A stretch of 63,930 nucleotides of DNA, counting the filler, from Phoronis australis (Eukaryota > Animalia > Phoronida), in assembly GCA_002633005.1 (NCBI GenBank). It is 3 parts of 3 records of this genome, joined end to end, with 100 filler letters (N's around TTAATTAATTAA, not from the genome) between each part and the next. Parts side by side here need not be neighbours in the genome. Positions count along the whole stretch, not along the records: positions 31,063 to 59,270 come from NMRA01001085.1; 2 more parts are not named here. One strand, given 5' to 3'. The first letter of the stretch is position 1; the number at the start of each line of letters is the position of its first letter. The translations under genes and the position numbers were made by a program. This document shows positions 37,801 to 52,539 of this stretch, in pieces. Under the pieces are notes generated by a model, which saw nothing but the letters and a program-made list of their open reading frames with translations, did not search any database and had not been told where the DNA came from.

Positions 37801-40800
37801 CACACGGATTTCCGTGTGTGTATCCAGTGCGCATGTCTTGGTTTGAAAGTTTGTCAATTCGGTACGGGAATGAGCCCGAAAAAAATATAGTGAACCATTT
37901 TGTTGTTTAGTTTGACGTCTTGCAATCTTGCGTATGCCAAAAATAGGAAATTGTGGGGAATGCATCGATTTAGCCTCTTCTTATTGTTGCACACATTTAT
38001 CAGCACTATGAATCTTGTGCATTCAAATTTCTCAACATCTACCAATCGGAATGCTATTTTACAATCAATCGGAATTTCCGAATGTTACTGGGTTCTGTTA
38101 ACCAGTGGGAAATCGTATTGCCTTATCAAACCACAGTGATGCCCCTCGTGGCTTACGAAAGATGATATTCGCTATAATAGGCAGGTGCGAGTGCGACCTT
38201 GGACTCATTGGCCTGATGAGAATGAGATTCGATCCAAACTCGATGTTCTGCTTCCCAAGGCTATCAGACGAAGATTTGCATCCCCGGCGAGGAGACCCCT
38301 TTGTCCCGTTTATGTGACTTTAGAAAACAAAACAAAATAGCAATGCCAGACGGAAGATTTGCCTGTGTCCGAGGAGACTTCCACTCATCTATATAAATTC
38401 TCGGTTTTGTTATTAGGGAGATCACAGAATCTAGCTAATTGTATTGGAATCGATTTCGATTCCATGATTTTCTTTAATATCAGCGACAAAATTTGTTGCA
38501 ACAAAACTAAGTTAGGTCAAAGGAAAATGTACCTCTGAATCTGAACTGAACTCGAGCCACCTAGGATTGATTAAAGGTTGATTATATAGCAATCACTTTC
38601 AATAAACAGTTTGGAAAAGCCAAGACCAACAGCTGCATGCAGTGTACACACAAGTCAATTTTACATCACGTGACATACTTATTTTTGAATGGAAGTGCCT
38701 GTGCGCCATTTTCAACTTTGAGGGTTTTGCTAACGCGGCCAACAGAACAGACGATTTTCTGGAGCGTTTTATAACCTGTTGATGGTTTGTGTGTTCTCTT
38801 TCGCAACAGGAAACAAGCCCTAACAAGGTAAAAACATTTTATGTTGTAAGAGCAAAAGTCCTATAATTCAATTTTCGTTTTCAGCTGGCTAGTAAAGAGG
38901 ACGAAATGCTGCTGTGATCAACGGGTAAGAAGAATACAGGTAATTTTTGGTAGGTATGTTTTAATTGGACTTTCCTGTGAATCGGCCTTGGTAAACCGGT
39001 ATTTCATTGTACAACGCTGAGACTTGATTGATGACCGGTTTGCATATACATGAATGACGCCCGTTTGTTTGCGTTAGTCGAGTTGATTTGCATAAGTAAT
39101 CTTTTGACAACAAGTTAAAATCTACAATGCCGGCTACAATATAAATGCTGTTAATGGAATCTCACGTTACGCATGTAGATGTGTCATGGCCATTAGAGCT
39201 AGTCTAAGCTGCTTTGCAAAGTCAATGAAACTGTCATGGCGCTCCGGTGGGATTCTTTTTCTGAATTCACAATCCCGATTTGTTTAGTTACATAAAGCTC
39301 TTTAAAAATTATTGATGCGCAAAATATGCGGAAATTAAAAACATTATAACCAGAAACATTGTAGTTATTCCCTTGAATCTGTCTGTCCAATATGATTCAG
39401 TGGCGAAGACGATGCTCCATCTTACAATTACCAGGGGGTGTGGGTGGGGGTGGCGGGTGGCTTGGTGGGGGAGGCTATCCCCATCAGATATCAGTTATAG
39501 TGAATTCCATAAGTAAGTACTGGTCACTGCTGTGGCGCGTTCAGCTCTCCTTCTTTTCAATTATAAAAACTTCACAGCACGAATTTTAAGGCAGTTTAGT
39601 TTGTAATCAAAACTTGTTCCCAAATGATATTGTTTCAACATAAATTTTTTTTTGCTAACCATTTCACACGTAGTAATAAAAACTTAATGTATTGATCATG
39701 TCCTTGCGCTTGTCGGAAGGAAATTTTTATTTTGCCGACACCCAGGAAACAATCAAGTAAGCTTCTGTTTGGCCCCCACTCGTCCTGACTTCCGCATACG
39801 ATTGTTCTGTGGTATATACGCATGTGTGAACACAAAACAGCGCATGCTCAGTCAGATGTTTTTGATGTTTAGTCGGAAGCAAAATATCTTTGTTAAAATG
39901 TTAAAATAACCGCATTAGTAAAGAAATCCAGTATAAAACGTCACCAAGTGAGCACAAACAAACATCCAAGTGTTCGAATATTTAGGTCGCTCAGTGCACA
40001 GCAAACTGTACGTGAGGTTACCAAAGCTGCAGGTGATTACGGTTATTTAAAGGAATATCATCGTTTCTGCTGCCGAATGACGCAATTTTGCGATCATTGT
40101 TAAACGAGACAGTCTTCTTGAAGTTATAAAACAACAAAATCTTTTTCGTTTTTATGGTTTCATTACAAATTGCCTTCCTTGTTACATGTAGTTGTCTACC
40201 AGACAATCGCTGAAGTCGAGGCCGGTGACTTTGCTCTTTTAAACTCTTAAAAGGATGCCAAACCCGGATTTGGCTTGTTGACAGATGTTAAATCGACTTT
40301 CCAATCTAATTCTATGAAACAAAATGTTGTTCTGTAACCCTCAACAATCCTCAAAAGTTTGGAGGAAAATTTGACAATTGGCAAACGTGACCTACGATTT
40401 TACTGAATTACAAGGTAACTGTGGGAAAAACCACCCAGAAAGAACTATGGTATTCAATCTACAGGGAGTATTGAGTTTTTTGTTGATTCCTGGTTTTGTC
40501 TTTCAAGATTGGCGCTAATGATGCATTAGCAGATGATACAGCCAGGATTGATTGAACTTATTAAAACAGGATTTAGTATCCATTTAAGTTAGTCTGGTAA
40601 CACGTGGGATTTCGTTCTGCGGTAGAGCGTCTGGCTGCTACTGCGGAGTGTGTGGGTTCGATTCCGTGCTCCAACTAATTTCTAAAGAGATGCTTTTCTT
40701 GCCTAGAATGCCCCTTTAAAGATTTTGATAGTCATTGTGACGAAAGACTCGTGATATTAACAAGTTTCTATTACAAGTCGGGAAAACTGTTTCAACTAGA

Positions 40801-43755
40801 AAATCGAACCGGGGTTGCGTTCCGCAGACGCGACACTCAGAAAAAAACCAGATCAAGTAAGACCACACAAGATCATTCTAGTTAAAGGGATGCTTCTCTA
40901 GTACTTTTGGGAACTTTCTACCGTGAACTAGAACAATGGCAATCATTACAGTGATTGGCTGGCGAAGCTGAAATGTTGATAATTGCTTTTACGGAATTCC
41001 CATGCAGAACCTCACTCGACTTCCGAGCATAGCCGACTCTTGGCAACGCAATGTCGTATGTTGGTGAGACTAATTAATCAATTCAGACTAATTAATTAAA
41101 CATGAATTCTTCATGTTGAATTATCTTCCGCTCACATTTATTAATTTCCACTGAAGTTCACCCATGAGTTTTGAATGAGGATTCTCTCCGTTGATGTCGT
41201 GAGTGAACGTACCCCACAGCGTGTGGGCATCTATCGTAAATTGAGATTCAAGGTTGAAAGACTACTGCATTCATATATTCAAATAAAGACTTACTTAGGC
41301 AGTCTACCTAATCAACACTTATAGTCATTATTTAACCGCGTTTCATGGAAAGTCATGAGGGCGATGCACTGCACAAACACCTGAATGGCGATTGAAGTTC
41401 ACTGAAATCGGAAGCCGGTATCTGTATTTTGCCAGGCGTCCGTTTAGCAGACGCAGTTCACTAGGCCCTACTTGTACATATTGGCCATTCTGCTTGAAAA
41501 CGAGGTGCTGTGTCCAAACTACAAATTGTTCTGTTTGCTTGGAACACGCGCGCTGTCTTGTTTGAGTTGTTAAAATTGACGCTAAAACGAGGCATTTTGT
41601 CTTTAACAACAGTGCACTGCTGTGCGTGAATCTTGCTTACTGTAAAGATCGCGTATGCGTGAACTCGGAATACACGAGGAAACTTCAAACAAATAATCAT
41701 GTTCACGTTGATAAAAATTTGAAGTGCACTAAATCGAATTTGATTTTAATAAAATGATACAAATTTTAACCAATGTGTTTTAAACTATTGGCAATTTTAT
41801 TCACCAAACAATAATTCAACCATTAACATATTCCTCTGATTCGTTGACGCAAGTTACGGTAAAGGGGAAATGGATGGCCATGAGGCCAATAATTACAAAA
41901 AAAAATTACACTTAACAAAAATATCATCTGATTGCCCAAATGAATATTTAATTCCAGGTTCACGCATGCACGTACTTGACCTTGAGATTAATCAGAATTC
42001 CAAGTTCACGCACAGCAGCACTGGAAACAATAATTTTTTTGCAGCGCCACCGAAATGTGCAACTAGTGAATACACTGACGAAGACCCAGTCATGCAGGTC
42101 TTCACGAGACATAGCTATGCATTAGAAGCGACACACGTGACCATATTTTATGTAGCTTTACCCACAAGATTCTTGCGTCTACGGAAATTTGCCCAGGTGT
42201 ATCGGACGCGAATCCAGGATATTGACTCTGAGAGCTCTAGCAATGTACAGATACATGTATAGGGTGACATTGAACATATTAAAGTGACCAAGCGGGGTAC
42301 CGGAAAACTGGAACTCCCTGTGGTGGTTCAAAAATCCAAGATTCTCAAAAATTACAATAAAATTCTAATAAGTTTTGGCTAGAACAGGAATTCGTGACAT
42401 CTCCATTGCAAAATCAAGATTTAAACAACACCTAGTAGCTTGTTTATTAACTTTCGCGGTCTACTGCCGTCTCTGATTTATGCGGATTCATTCGGCGCAA
42501 CCTCGCTTTACTCAGGTGGCACTGAATAGTTAGGCTGCGGCCTCAGCCGCGGCCAATTTGCAGTGCCAAAATATCAAAATTTTGGGGTAGGCCAAGTTTG
42601 GGAGCATTTTGTAGGTGGGCATTGCATGTAGGCTCAGTGAATGTGGTTTTTTTGTATTTGTGAACATGCTGAGAATGAAAAAAGGCGACTTTCTCTTCTG
42701 TAGCTGCACTCTTCTTCAAGATGGTGGCCCCCTGTTGCAATTGTGCATTGCTGTGTAGCAACTGAGAAATTGGCCGCGATTTCAGGTAGCCCTCAAACAA
42801 GCCAGATTTTCAAAAAAAACTAGTTGGTTGACAGTACTTTTGTACCACATTTTTGTAATATGTAGGAAATTTTCTTTCGCTATCTAACGTTGGTTTTAGT
42901 CGAGCATCGGCAGGGAAGTGGTGATTTTAGGGTGAAAAGTGCCGATTTTGCATTTTTTGCCCTTATTTTTCTTAGTTCAGCTTGGTTTCCACTGTGAGTG
43001 AAAGGGTCAAAAATACAAGAGAGTACAAAGTTCCTGTGCTCATCTATAGTGCTTGTGATGTGAAATGACTCAAATCTTTTCTTTATTTGCATGCAGCTTT
43101 TGACAGAGTAAAGAAAGGGTGAAGAGTCCATTGACGTGTGTTCTGATAGGCAAATCCCTATGAGAACTGTTCAGTGCCTCCTCAACGGATAACTACGGAT
43201 GCTTATTACTTGTTGGGATTACAATAGGCACTGACCACAACTCCTGGACTTCTACACGTATGACTGGCTACTTTTGTTTGGGGGGTTAGGGAACACAGAT
43301 GGGTGTCAGTGTTTCCGCTGCCTGTTCGTCACTGGCAACATTCTTTCCCAACCATTTTAAAAACCACGGACTATTCAATCTAAATCCGTCATTAAAAATT
43401 GAAAATTGCCATCGTTTGAACGACAGAATTCGTTTAAATACAGCAGTAGAAAATAGAAATATTACGCAGTGGAGCTGTCGCAATCGCTATTGTGTAACCT
43501 GCCCTTGTTACCTCCAAACAGAGTGATGAAATTTGAATGGGGGGAGCGCGTCATGTTCCTCTCACTGTGTCTAATGAAATAATTGACCTAGCGCCAAAAT
43601 TTTGTCTGACGGCTTAACTGACCAATCAGAACTCAGCATTGTTGACACACTTTCGTCTGCGTTTCCAAGCCGCCATTTTACCCAACAATTAAACAACATG
43701 TTGTCGACTTAAGCTTATTTTACTCTATAACTCAACAAATTTTGCAATACGAATT

Positions 43756-43890
43756 GTGAAACGGTGTTGCTATGGCGTGTGTAATCCCAACAGCCATTAA
43801 TCAGCTCGAGAAGAATATCCCGTTACTTTTTCGGCATTCCCTAAGCCGAAAACAGATATCGATAGATGTAACAACTGTGTCAACTCAGTG
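43756..43890 (+). mobile_element. Degraded THAP-domain N-terminus, probably a DNA-transposon relic
   Basis: Manual translation VKRCCYGVCNPNSH*...VTFSAFPKPKTDIDRC fits C-x4-C...F..FPK. Confidence 0.5.
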
Positions 43891-45875
43891 TGTACGTGGA
43901 AGGCCACACGACAGCAGCGGAATTTGGTAATGTTGCTTGATTGCTCAAAGGTGAAACCCAAACACAATTGTTCCAAGATATGGTTATATTGCCGGCCTAT
44001 CGGATTTTGACTCCGGAGTTTCACTCGTCTGGCCACCTTTGTCTCGGCACCTGCTGAATTCCAGCTCTAGTCCTACCGGTAGTCCCACTAAATTAATGTT
44101 TTTCAGGACATTTTTATTATTTTTCATGTATCTCATCCGGATGGACATCGTTTTATTTCGTAACAAAAGTGAGGTACATTTCTTGTTATTCATATACCCA
44201 TAAGCTGGTGTTCATCTGAACTTCCCTCCAAATTTGACAGATTCGATGGGCACTGGATTACTGAACCCCAAGCCTTGTTCGAGCTGCTGCCACAAAAAAT
44301 AAACAGTTGAATTACATTTTGTTGAGAACCTCTAGTTTACACTTCGCCTGTATAGTTAGGGAAAACTCATTTTCTAGTTGTTCAAACATGATTCTTGGAT
44401 TTATGAAGCTTTAAAAAAGAATTTGAATTATTTTTGTTCTTAAAATAGCCATTTTTTTGCTGTTATAACAGACCTGTCATCTCATCTCTTGTAACCGTAC
44501 TACAGGTTAGTGATCATGCTACGTTTAAAACAAATTGAAACCTACCCTTATGCAATGAAAATAAAAAATGTGAAGCTTTTAAGAAGGTAAACCTAACTCA
44601 AATGCCTTAATAGTGAAATTACGCCCAATTCCATGCATTAATTTGACTTGGGCACAGCCTTAGACCTGCTTGTCTAGGACAAGATGACCTGAGTTTTTTA
44701 AACAAAATATTTCGCTCGAAGATTAGAAAAGCATAAACAGTGCTATCGACTCAACCTACTTTAGTCGGGGAATCCCATCTGGTGACCTACTTTTCATTTG
44801 GCGATATTTAGTAGACGGCAGAATAAAAAATATCGGTGAATCTTCACTGATTTTGTCAAAATATCCTGAAATCTATGGCATCGTACGACTAAGGTTACAC
44901 ACGCAGCCGCAGAACATATCCCATCAGTTGCCTTGTCATTTGTTAGGTGAACGTGAACCATGTGGGTTCTTGATCTTCGGATTTTCACTGGCTTCGAAAT
45001 ACATTTCATCGAACACTTATTTTTTCATCGTCGCAATTACAAATTCTCACATCATGAACCTATGATTCTCAGCTGACAGAAAAGCATCGCGTGTTGTCTG
45101 TGTCGAAGCGTTTTTGGATAGTCCAAAAGCACTCATCGATTGCCTCATTAACGATTTAGCGACGGTGTAGGCCTATTTGTCTCCGACATGTTGTTTGTTT
45201 GTCGGGTGCTCCGTCAATTTTTTGAACGATGTTTTGGAAAACAGCTTTTTTAAAAATCTATATTACAATGTGCATGCTGGCAGTAAAAAATGAAGAAATT
45301 TCGTAAAACCCATTTTCTCGATACACGTGAACGGTTTGGAATATAGCCTTCCCTTTTATTTTGATATACAATACCGGTGTCCCTGTGTGCGTGTCAAGCA
45401 ATAGATGGTCATTTTGTACAGGTGATAGTTAATGATATCTGAGTCTCAAGAGAACGAGTTTTCAATCAACAAGCAAAAATAAAACTTTTGTGTACTTGAA
45501 CAGGATCTTAGTTTGCTGAGAGTAGATTAAATTTGTTTTGTCCGAACCCTGGGAAATTAAGGCTTATATACCAAGATCCATTACGAACACTGATTTTGTC
45601 CTTGCAGTGGTTTGCCGCCTCAAGCGATGCAGGTGCACACACGCACGAACGGACGTACACACGCACACACTCACGCAATATATGCATACACTTATATTAT
45701 CCATAATGCCTTGGTTGAGCTGAGGCATTACCAACTTCCAAGCCCAAGACAGTCTCTCATTGACTCCTTTGGAATTGCTATGGCGTCAGCATGTTCATTT
45801 TTGGTTGATTCATTTCGCAGAAACTAGTGAAGTTCCAAAAACAAGTTCAAAACTCGCATGGTGACCCGGTGAGTT

Positions 45876-46295
45876 CCGGGAATTTCCCAAAATAGGCCCA
45901 TTGGCGGATATTCGGAAGACCTTCCAAAAACGTCAAATGAAACCGAATATGCATCCTGGTGTATTTTTGAAAAAGGGGGTGGCGCGTATTTTTAGAAACT
46001 GTCATTAAAACTGTCCTTATGCTAATAGGTTGGTTACCAACAAAGCCACACAATTTCTCCGAGTCGTGAACTGGTAGTAATTTGAGTAAAATTGCGAACC
46101 CAAATTTGTGTTACTAAGTAAGCAAAATTTTATACACATCAAAATATATTACAAACGCATTTCAGAACAATCCATCATATTTTCAAAACATGCAAATAGT
46201 TACCGAAAATAAGTCTATGGGCGTATTTTTGACACATTTTCCGAAAATACGCCCACGGGCGTATTTTTGCTTGGGCCTATTTTCGAAATCCCCTG
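45876..46295. mobile_element. MITE with imperfect ~25-bp TIRs
   Basis: ccgggaatttcccaaaataggccca / tgggcctattttcgaaatcccctg, with internal gggcgtatttt repeats. Confidence 0.6.
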
Positions 46296-48070
46296 TACAT
46301 TACGTCATTGCATTGTCTGTGGAAACTGTGGCATTCAGTCTCAACTTGTCTTTTAGTCATTTTATTTAAAATCAATATAAATGGGCACTTTCTGTGTGTG
46401 CTTTAAACTGAAATAACATTGAAATGTACCTGATATGCTGATAGTGGCATCCACACCAGATACATGTATTCCTGGTGATGGCGTTGTCATTTGACGCGCT
46501 ACCCTGATTACTCATGTGAGGGCGCTGCGAAGGTTTTTTGCTTGCGTTCACATCACATACCTGGCCATTTAAGAGGCCTGGAACGCAAAAAGACAGAATA
46601 AATTGGTGGTTTTCTGCCACTGAAACAGAATTCAACCTGTTAGCCACATATTTTTACGGTTTGTTCGTAAAAAATTTGAGTTTCTGCTTACATCAAAGCA
46701 TTTCTCAAGTTAGTTTCAAAAAAAAAAACGATTTGTCAACTGCTCTCCACTTAGTCGACTTTTCCCACAAGGCAAACCATGTCCCCTTATTTGATATGGC
46801 AAGACAAAGACGTAGCACAATTCCCTTATATGAAAAATGTGACCTTTGACCTTTGATACAAACAAAACAATGGCGACTTAAAGGCAACCGCAAGCCGATT
46901 AAAAGAAAATTGATGCCAGTTCTAACTGTTTAAAGTTAGTTATAAAAGTATCGTAGTATTCAAATATATTCTAAAATGCACTTGGAATTCCTTTTTTAGA
47001 AAATTGCTTGTGCTGTCGACCTGCAGATTCGGAGTGCAATCGGATATGATAATCTGCCGTTAATGTACAACTTATCAGTCAGTTGTTTGTCGAATGACTG
47101 TGAGCGCATGCGCTCCTTTATCGTAATTGGGAGGGAGATTAGAAATTCTGTGTTGACAACAGGGTTTTTTCTCTGCGCGTATTTCAGATGTCGTGAATTT
47201 TGTGAGCTTTTGCGTTCCATGCCTCTTTAAGGAGGCATGGAAGAACTGTGTTTAACGAACTTTCTCTGAAAAATGAATGCTTGTCAACCACGTATTCTTA
47301 ATCAAATACCTAGTGATGATGTCAGTTTGGTCTTCAATAACAGTATTATAGTTCCAACTCTCACCACCAAACAACGCTAATAAATTCAGAAGTGTGCTTC
47401 AATTTTGCATTTCAGTTGAAAGATTTTATTATTTAATGCAACCCATTGAAATATTCTTTGCACTATTACAGCTTATATGCATGTAATTTGAATGATTTTC
47501 ATGTGTTTCTATTCCATGCCCATGGCCATGCCCCCTAAAATTCTCTTAGATTACATTTGGCAGTTCAGGGGCCAAATCCTGGCTAATACTCTGCCCTATC
47601 CCCACTAACTCGAAATCCTAGATCCGCCCCTGATCACTGTCACCTACTGCTTTTTGCCACCCCGATTTGGTTACTGTGCACAACCTCGGACGTGTCTGTT
47701 TTCTAAAAAAATTACATTTTTCGCGAAATCGTCGAAGCTGAATTTTGGCTATTTTTGCTGTAGTCCCCGACATCTGTTTTGTTGTCAATTGGCGTAATTG
47801 CTTCCTGTTTCATATATGCAGCCTGAAGCTATATGAAATCGTCTTTCTTGCTAGCCGAATCGTATTTGACCAAACAATCAAGCTCAAGCACTCAGGACCA
47901 CGGTTCGCGGTCCTGTAAACTCACAAACATGGCACCGCACACATCACGCGCCCAAAACGCTGCTCAATGGCTCCCAAGACTACGGGCCTGACTCAGCCAG
48001 TCCCCCAGCCTTGTTTACAGATACCACACTATAAACCCGTCATTACGTAACAAACAGACCTCTTGCCATT

Positions 48071-48188
48071 ATGAAACTAGTCTAAAGTCTTCTGTAGTCA
48101 AATTAGGCGGTGGGCCAGAATTTGTAGGGATGAAACTAGTCTAAAGTCTTCTGTAGTCAAATTAGGCGGTGGGCCAGAATTTGTAGGG
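48071..48188. repeat. Exact 59-bp tandem duplication
   Basis: atgaaactagtctaaagtc...gaatttgtaggg occurs twice. Confidence 0.9.
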
Positions 48189-49179
48189 CTTCTAGAAAAT
48201 GTTTTTTTGTGAGTACTTTAGGGGGGGGGGCAATTTTATTTTGGTGTTTTTTTAATTCATTTACTAGAGTGTTTTCAAAATCTAAAAAGTTCCCACATAT
48301 AAAGTTGCACATTTTAAAGAAATTTGAGTTTGAAGTTACATTATAACCACCCTAGAGCTTAGAGAACTTTTATTTGTAAAAACAACAGCTTTTGCTACCT
48401 TTGTTTGTAAAACAAGCAATATGGTCCCATCAATGTCATTGTATTGAACAATAATACACTCCCATTACATATTTTACTATTGTAGACTAATAGTAAACAG
48501 TGAAATTTAAAAAAATGTAAAGTGAAACCTAGTGGCAAAAATTTTTGACTTAAAGTGCTTAAAATCACACCCACAGTGTAACGCCATACGATTATCCCCA
48601 TGCGCGCACCCAGCCTTCAATGTGGGGGGAGGGGGCACGAATTTCTGTCGATGTGGACCTTTTGCTGACAAAGTATCGGCAGGACTAAAAAAACTGGGTA
48701 CTACCTTCAAAACTGTAAACTGTGCTGCGTCTTTTTAGTGGACTTTTGCCTCGTTTTCTCGGATTTTTTGTTTCTCTGAGGCGGACCTTTTTGCCCACTT
48801 CGCCCTGGGTGCGCGCATGATCCCTTGGCTCAAGCAGTGTCGATGTGGCAACTGAACAAGGGAGTGTTCGAAAAACAGGATTGCAGGAGTATTTGTTTAA
48901 ACTGGGAACAAATGAAAACATTAACGGCCTCCTCAGACGCATCACTCTACCCCTTATTTCTATTTTACTTAGAGGAACATGACCTATGTTTTAACCAGTG
49001 TGATGCATAATTTGCCGAAAAGCATCCGGCATATGGAGTACCTATGGTATGATCACCGTCTCTACTGGGTCAGCGGTATTGTCTAAGGCCTAGGCAGCCA
49101 AGGGGCTGAACAAGTTAAAAAAACAACTGGTGATAATACTGAAACACAATTGGAAACACCAAGATGTATCTTTCAAAAA

Positions 49180-49690
49180 CACATACCTGTTTTTCAAAGC
49201 TATGAAGTTGTTACTTCTTTCTCTTTCTTGAAATGTGGTCCATAATATACTTTTCCTGCTAACAAATAATGCACTCATGTTTCAGAATGTTCCTATCTTG
49301 TTCAGGTTAATTGGGTGTTTCAGATTGACTTTCTTGGGAAATTTTGGGTAACATCTGTATCACTTTCAGCAACTTCATGTTAGTACTACTGCAGGTGTCT
49401 TGAAACGCTGTTATGCCTTTCTAGTCTGTGCCCTTTCAATTTTTGATCTGACACTCGGTCTTCTACCCCAGTATACTGTATAGGCTATACCAGGACATGC
49501 AGCTGTTTTCTGCACAAACGTTTGTGACACCTCTTCTTCTTTTTGATCTACTGATCTACAGATTTCCACAGTCCATCAGCTTTCGTCAGGAAGCTTCTCT
49601 AAGCTTCTTCAGGCTGTGGCATCACAATTTTGCGCTGTTTGATAAGCCTTTAATTATACAGGCACCACAATCCATGGGAGCTGCCATGTT
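49180..49690 (-). mobile_element. Highly degraded transposase N-terminal relic (Academ-like)
   Basis: Broken frames give MAAPMDCGACII, KIERAQTRKA and ILKHECIIC*QEKYIMDHISRKRKK*QL. The family call is by resemblance only. Confidence 0.3.
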
Positions 49691-50387
49691 GAAGTAACTA
49701 AGCACAACAATACAATCTGGCTCTCTGATTGGTCAATTTAATAGAAAAGCGCCACGAAGTGGCAGGAATGTGCATAATATTTTGTGCAACAAAACACCTT
49801 TTTTCAAAAAATGTGCAAGTGTAGACGTGGGAACTTTTTGGAATTTGATTAATAGATATATTATCTGGCCACATAGAAAAAACTAGGTTGCCCCCCAAAG
49901 TACTCACAAGGATGAAGGCTATGAGATCTGGCCCACCGACTAAATTGGATTCAAGGCTTCGAAGGAACTAACACCTCGTCATTGCTAGAGAGTAGGCTCT
50001 ACAAGTTGACTCGCCACGGCGCTTACGCGCCGAGCATTTAGGCTCTACAAATTACGAACTCATGCATAGGCTAACAATGCTCTGATCCGTGAGCTCAGAC
50101 TATCATAGTTAAACGTTATCTGTGTCTCGATTTGAATAGACCACCAGGGGCTCAAGCAGAACTGCAAGTTGCCATTGATTCCTTCTCAGGTAAAAGCCCC
50201 ATTAAGTAGGCATTTTTGAAAATCATTATTTCAGTTCATGTTTTGGGTGGTACCCTTCAATGTTTGGTTCTCTGGTGGGTTACGTTCTTAAATAATGATA
50301 AAACCACGTTCATGGATTGCTCCAGCGAGGAGTTAAGCCGCCTCTAGACGGAACCTTTGTGCAAATTTAAAACAAAACATTGTTGAG

Positions 50388-50433
50388 CTGCAGCAGGAGC
50401 AGTGGCAGTTGCAGTAACAGTAGCAGTAGCAGT

Positions 50434-50501
<68 letters not shown>

Positions 50502-50709
50502 CAGCAGCAGTAGCAGCAGCAGTAGCAGCAGCAGAAGCAGCAGCAGAAGCAGCAGCAGAAGCAGAAGCAGCAGAAGCAGCAGCAGCAGCAGTAGCGGAGC
50601 AGTAGCAGCAGCAGCAGCAGCAGCAGAAGCAGCAGAAGCAGCAGCAGCAGCAGTAGCAGAGCAGCAGCAGGGCAGTAGCAGTAACAGTAGGTGTTGCAGT
50701 AGCAGTAGT
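50388..50709. repeat. (CAG)n microsatellite with TAG/AAG variants
   Basis: Directly visible trinucleotide tract, ~320 bp. Confidence 0.97.
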
Positions 50710-52539
50710 AAAAAGATTAGGTAAAGGTTATCGAGAATAGTTACACACAAAGCAGTTAGGAATAGTATGCTCAAGTTCATAACTTTCAAAACAAACATTC
50801 TTAAAGCAATTTATGACAGAAGATAACGTATGAGTTGATTTTTTAGAAACACGAAACAGGAAGGTCATTATGAGGTAAGGCATTGCGAATTGAATCTTCT
50901 GCAAATGATTTAGTAGAGCAAAGAGTGTGTAGATATAGTTGACTAGTGTAATCTTCATGAACAGACTCACGGGTTATTAAATTGAACGTGTTAAAAATGA
51001 AGGTAGGTAATTATGAATATATTTGTAGAAAAAATTGACAATAGCAACAACACTGTTGCATCGTCTGGCATTGGTAGGGAAGTGGTGGTCTTGGACTGAA
51101 AACTGTCAGTTTTGCGCTTGATGTCACTTTTCCGGAGTCTGAGTTTCACTTCGGTCGGAGTGAACGGGCAAAAACTCTGAGAAATAATGTAGTTTGTGTG
51201 GTCATGCTTAGGGCTTTTGATGTGAAATGGCTCAAAGCTTTTTATTTTGCTCACACAGTTTTCGACAGAGTGAAATAAAGATAAGTAACAACAAATACTG
51301 CCTGGTCTGCCAGGAAACTCTCAGTAGAAACTATACGTTGGCTCCACATGTTACAGGCGTGGTACACAAAGCTCCCGTTTCCAGGTTGCACTGTTTACAA
51401 GTTGAGGACGAAACGGTTAGGCAATGGAAACATTTTTGATCATGTTGAGTCAATAAGGATTAAACTCTTTTCTCAAATATTTGCTATAAATTTTCTCTGA
51501 GTTAAAAAAGCAAAGGCGCGCTGGCAACGAAAATAACAGTTTTAATATCGCAGACCCCATGCATCAATATCATAATAAATTTTTAAACAAGCGAAACCCC
51601 TTGGAGACAGCAACGCAAACTTTTTCATGGGTGCCTTTGTAATTACCTTCTGTTAACCATTTCGGTATGGAGTCAGTCAAATTTGCTGGGGATTTGTCGG
51701 GCTTTCCCTGACCATTTGACCTAACACATATTTTGACTTTTATAAGAGCTGTGTGGAAACACAATGGATTATTTCAGAAGTGTATTCGACGGTGTAAAGT
51801 TCAGAATGTTTGAATAGTATGTGCAGAGCAAGGTGGTTGTAAAATGGACGCCGAAGTAACGATTGTTAATTTGTGCGAGATTGTTTTAATTACTGCGATA
51901 AGTACATGTAACTAAAAGAAGGGAGCGTCGAACATTTGCAGACACTCACCAAGTCAATGTGAGTGTCTTTGGATTACATGTATGTTATCAACGTACAATT
52001 AGTGCACTTGCAGCAATTCAAGTAATTTGCCCTTTAGACGTGTCAATCAAGCTGATAATTTTAGCCTACATGTATCTGGTAGCGGGAACAACTAAGTTAG
52101 TCATTTTTGTTCTGCAAACATTAGTTGCGAGCGATTATCATTGGCCAAGCGCGACACAAGTGATAACCAAGGACCCGTTCAAAGGAAATTGACAAATCTT
52201 AAGTTTCAGTCAATTTTAAGATAGAACTTTAAGTTGTTTCCAGTCCGTTTCAAGAAAGAGATCTGTTGGTTTGACCTAAGTTTTCGATTGAAGTTTTGTC
52301 TGAATTTTAACTGTTTTAACGGATGTGGAAATTTCGGAGTTCTGAAGTTGAGACAAATCTTGGATTTGAGTCAAAAAAGAACTCGAGTCAGTTTCTGGGA
52401 ACATGCCCTATATCTGTCACCAATGCAACGGTATCTTTACTACGTGTGGCCTACATGTAACTGCTTTGTCAGAACTACCCTCTCATGTAACTCCGGTGTG
52501 AGAGGAGCGTTGATGCGAACTGCGAAGTTAAAGGTGCTA

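Noticed and set aside
38205-38260. Hammerhead-like CTGATGA-GAAT/ATTC stem
   Set aside because: GAAA is interrupted (GATCCAAAC) and no stem I can form.
40610-40675. tRNA gene
   Set aside because: It has a B-box (GGTTCGATTCC) but no acceptor stem or proper cloverleaf. It is a SINE-like relic, as at 9875 and 31546.
42070-42115. CTGACGA-AGACC...GGTCT hairpin resembling a Penelope hammerhead
   Set aside because: The GAAA core and cleavage triplet are absent. At best a dead relic.
50367-50798. Poly-Leu, poly-Ser and poly-Ala ORFs
   Set aside because: These are translations of a CAG microsatellite, with no splice context or flanking coding signal.
50728-51900. Degraded LINE fragments (FCPFTPTEV, YFGVHF) on the minus strand
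   Set aside because: The motifs are too short and in an inconsistent order, so this cannot be supported without a search.
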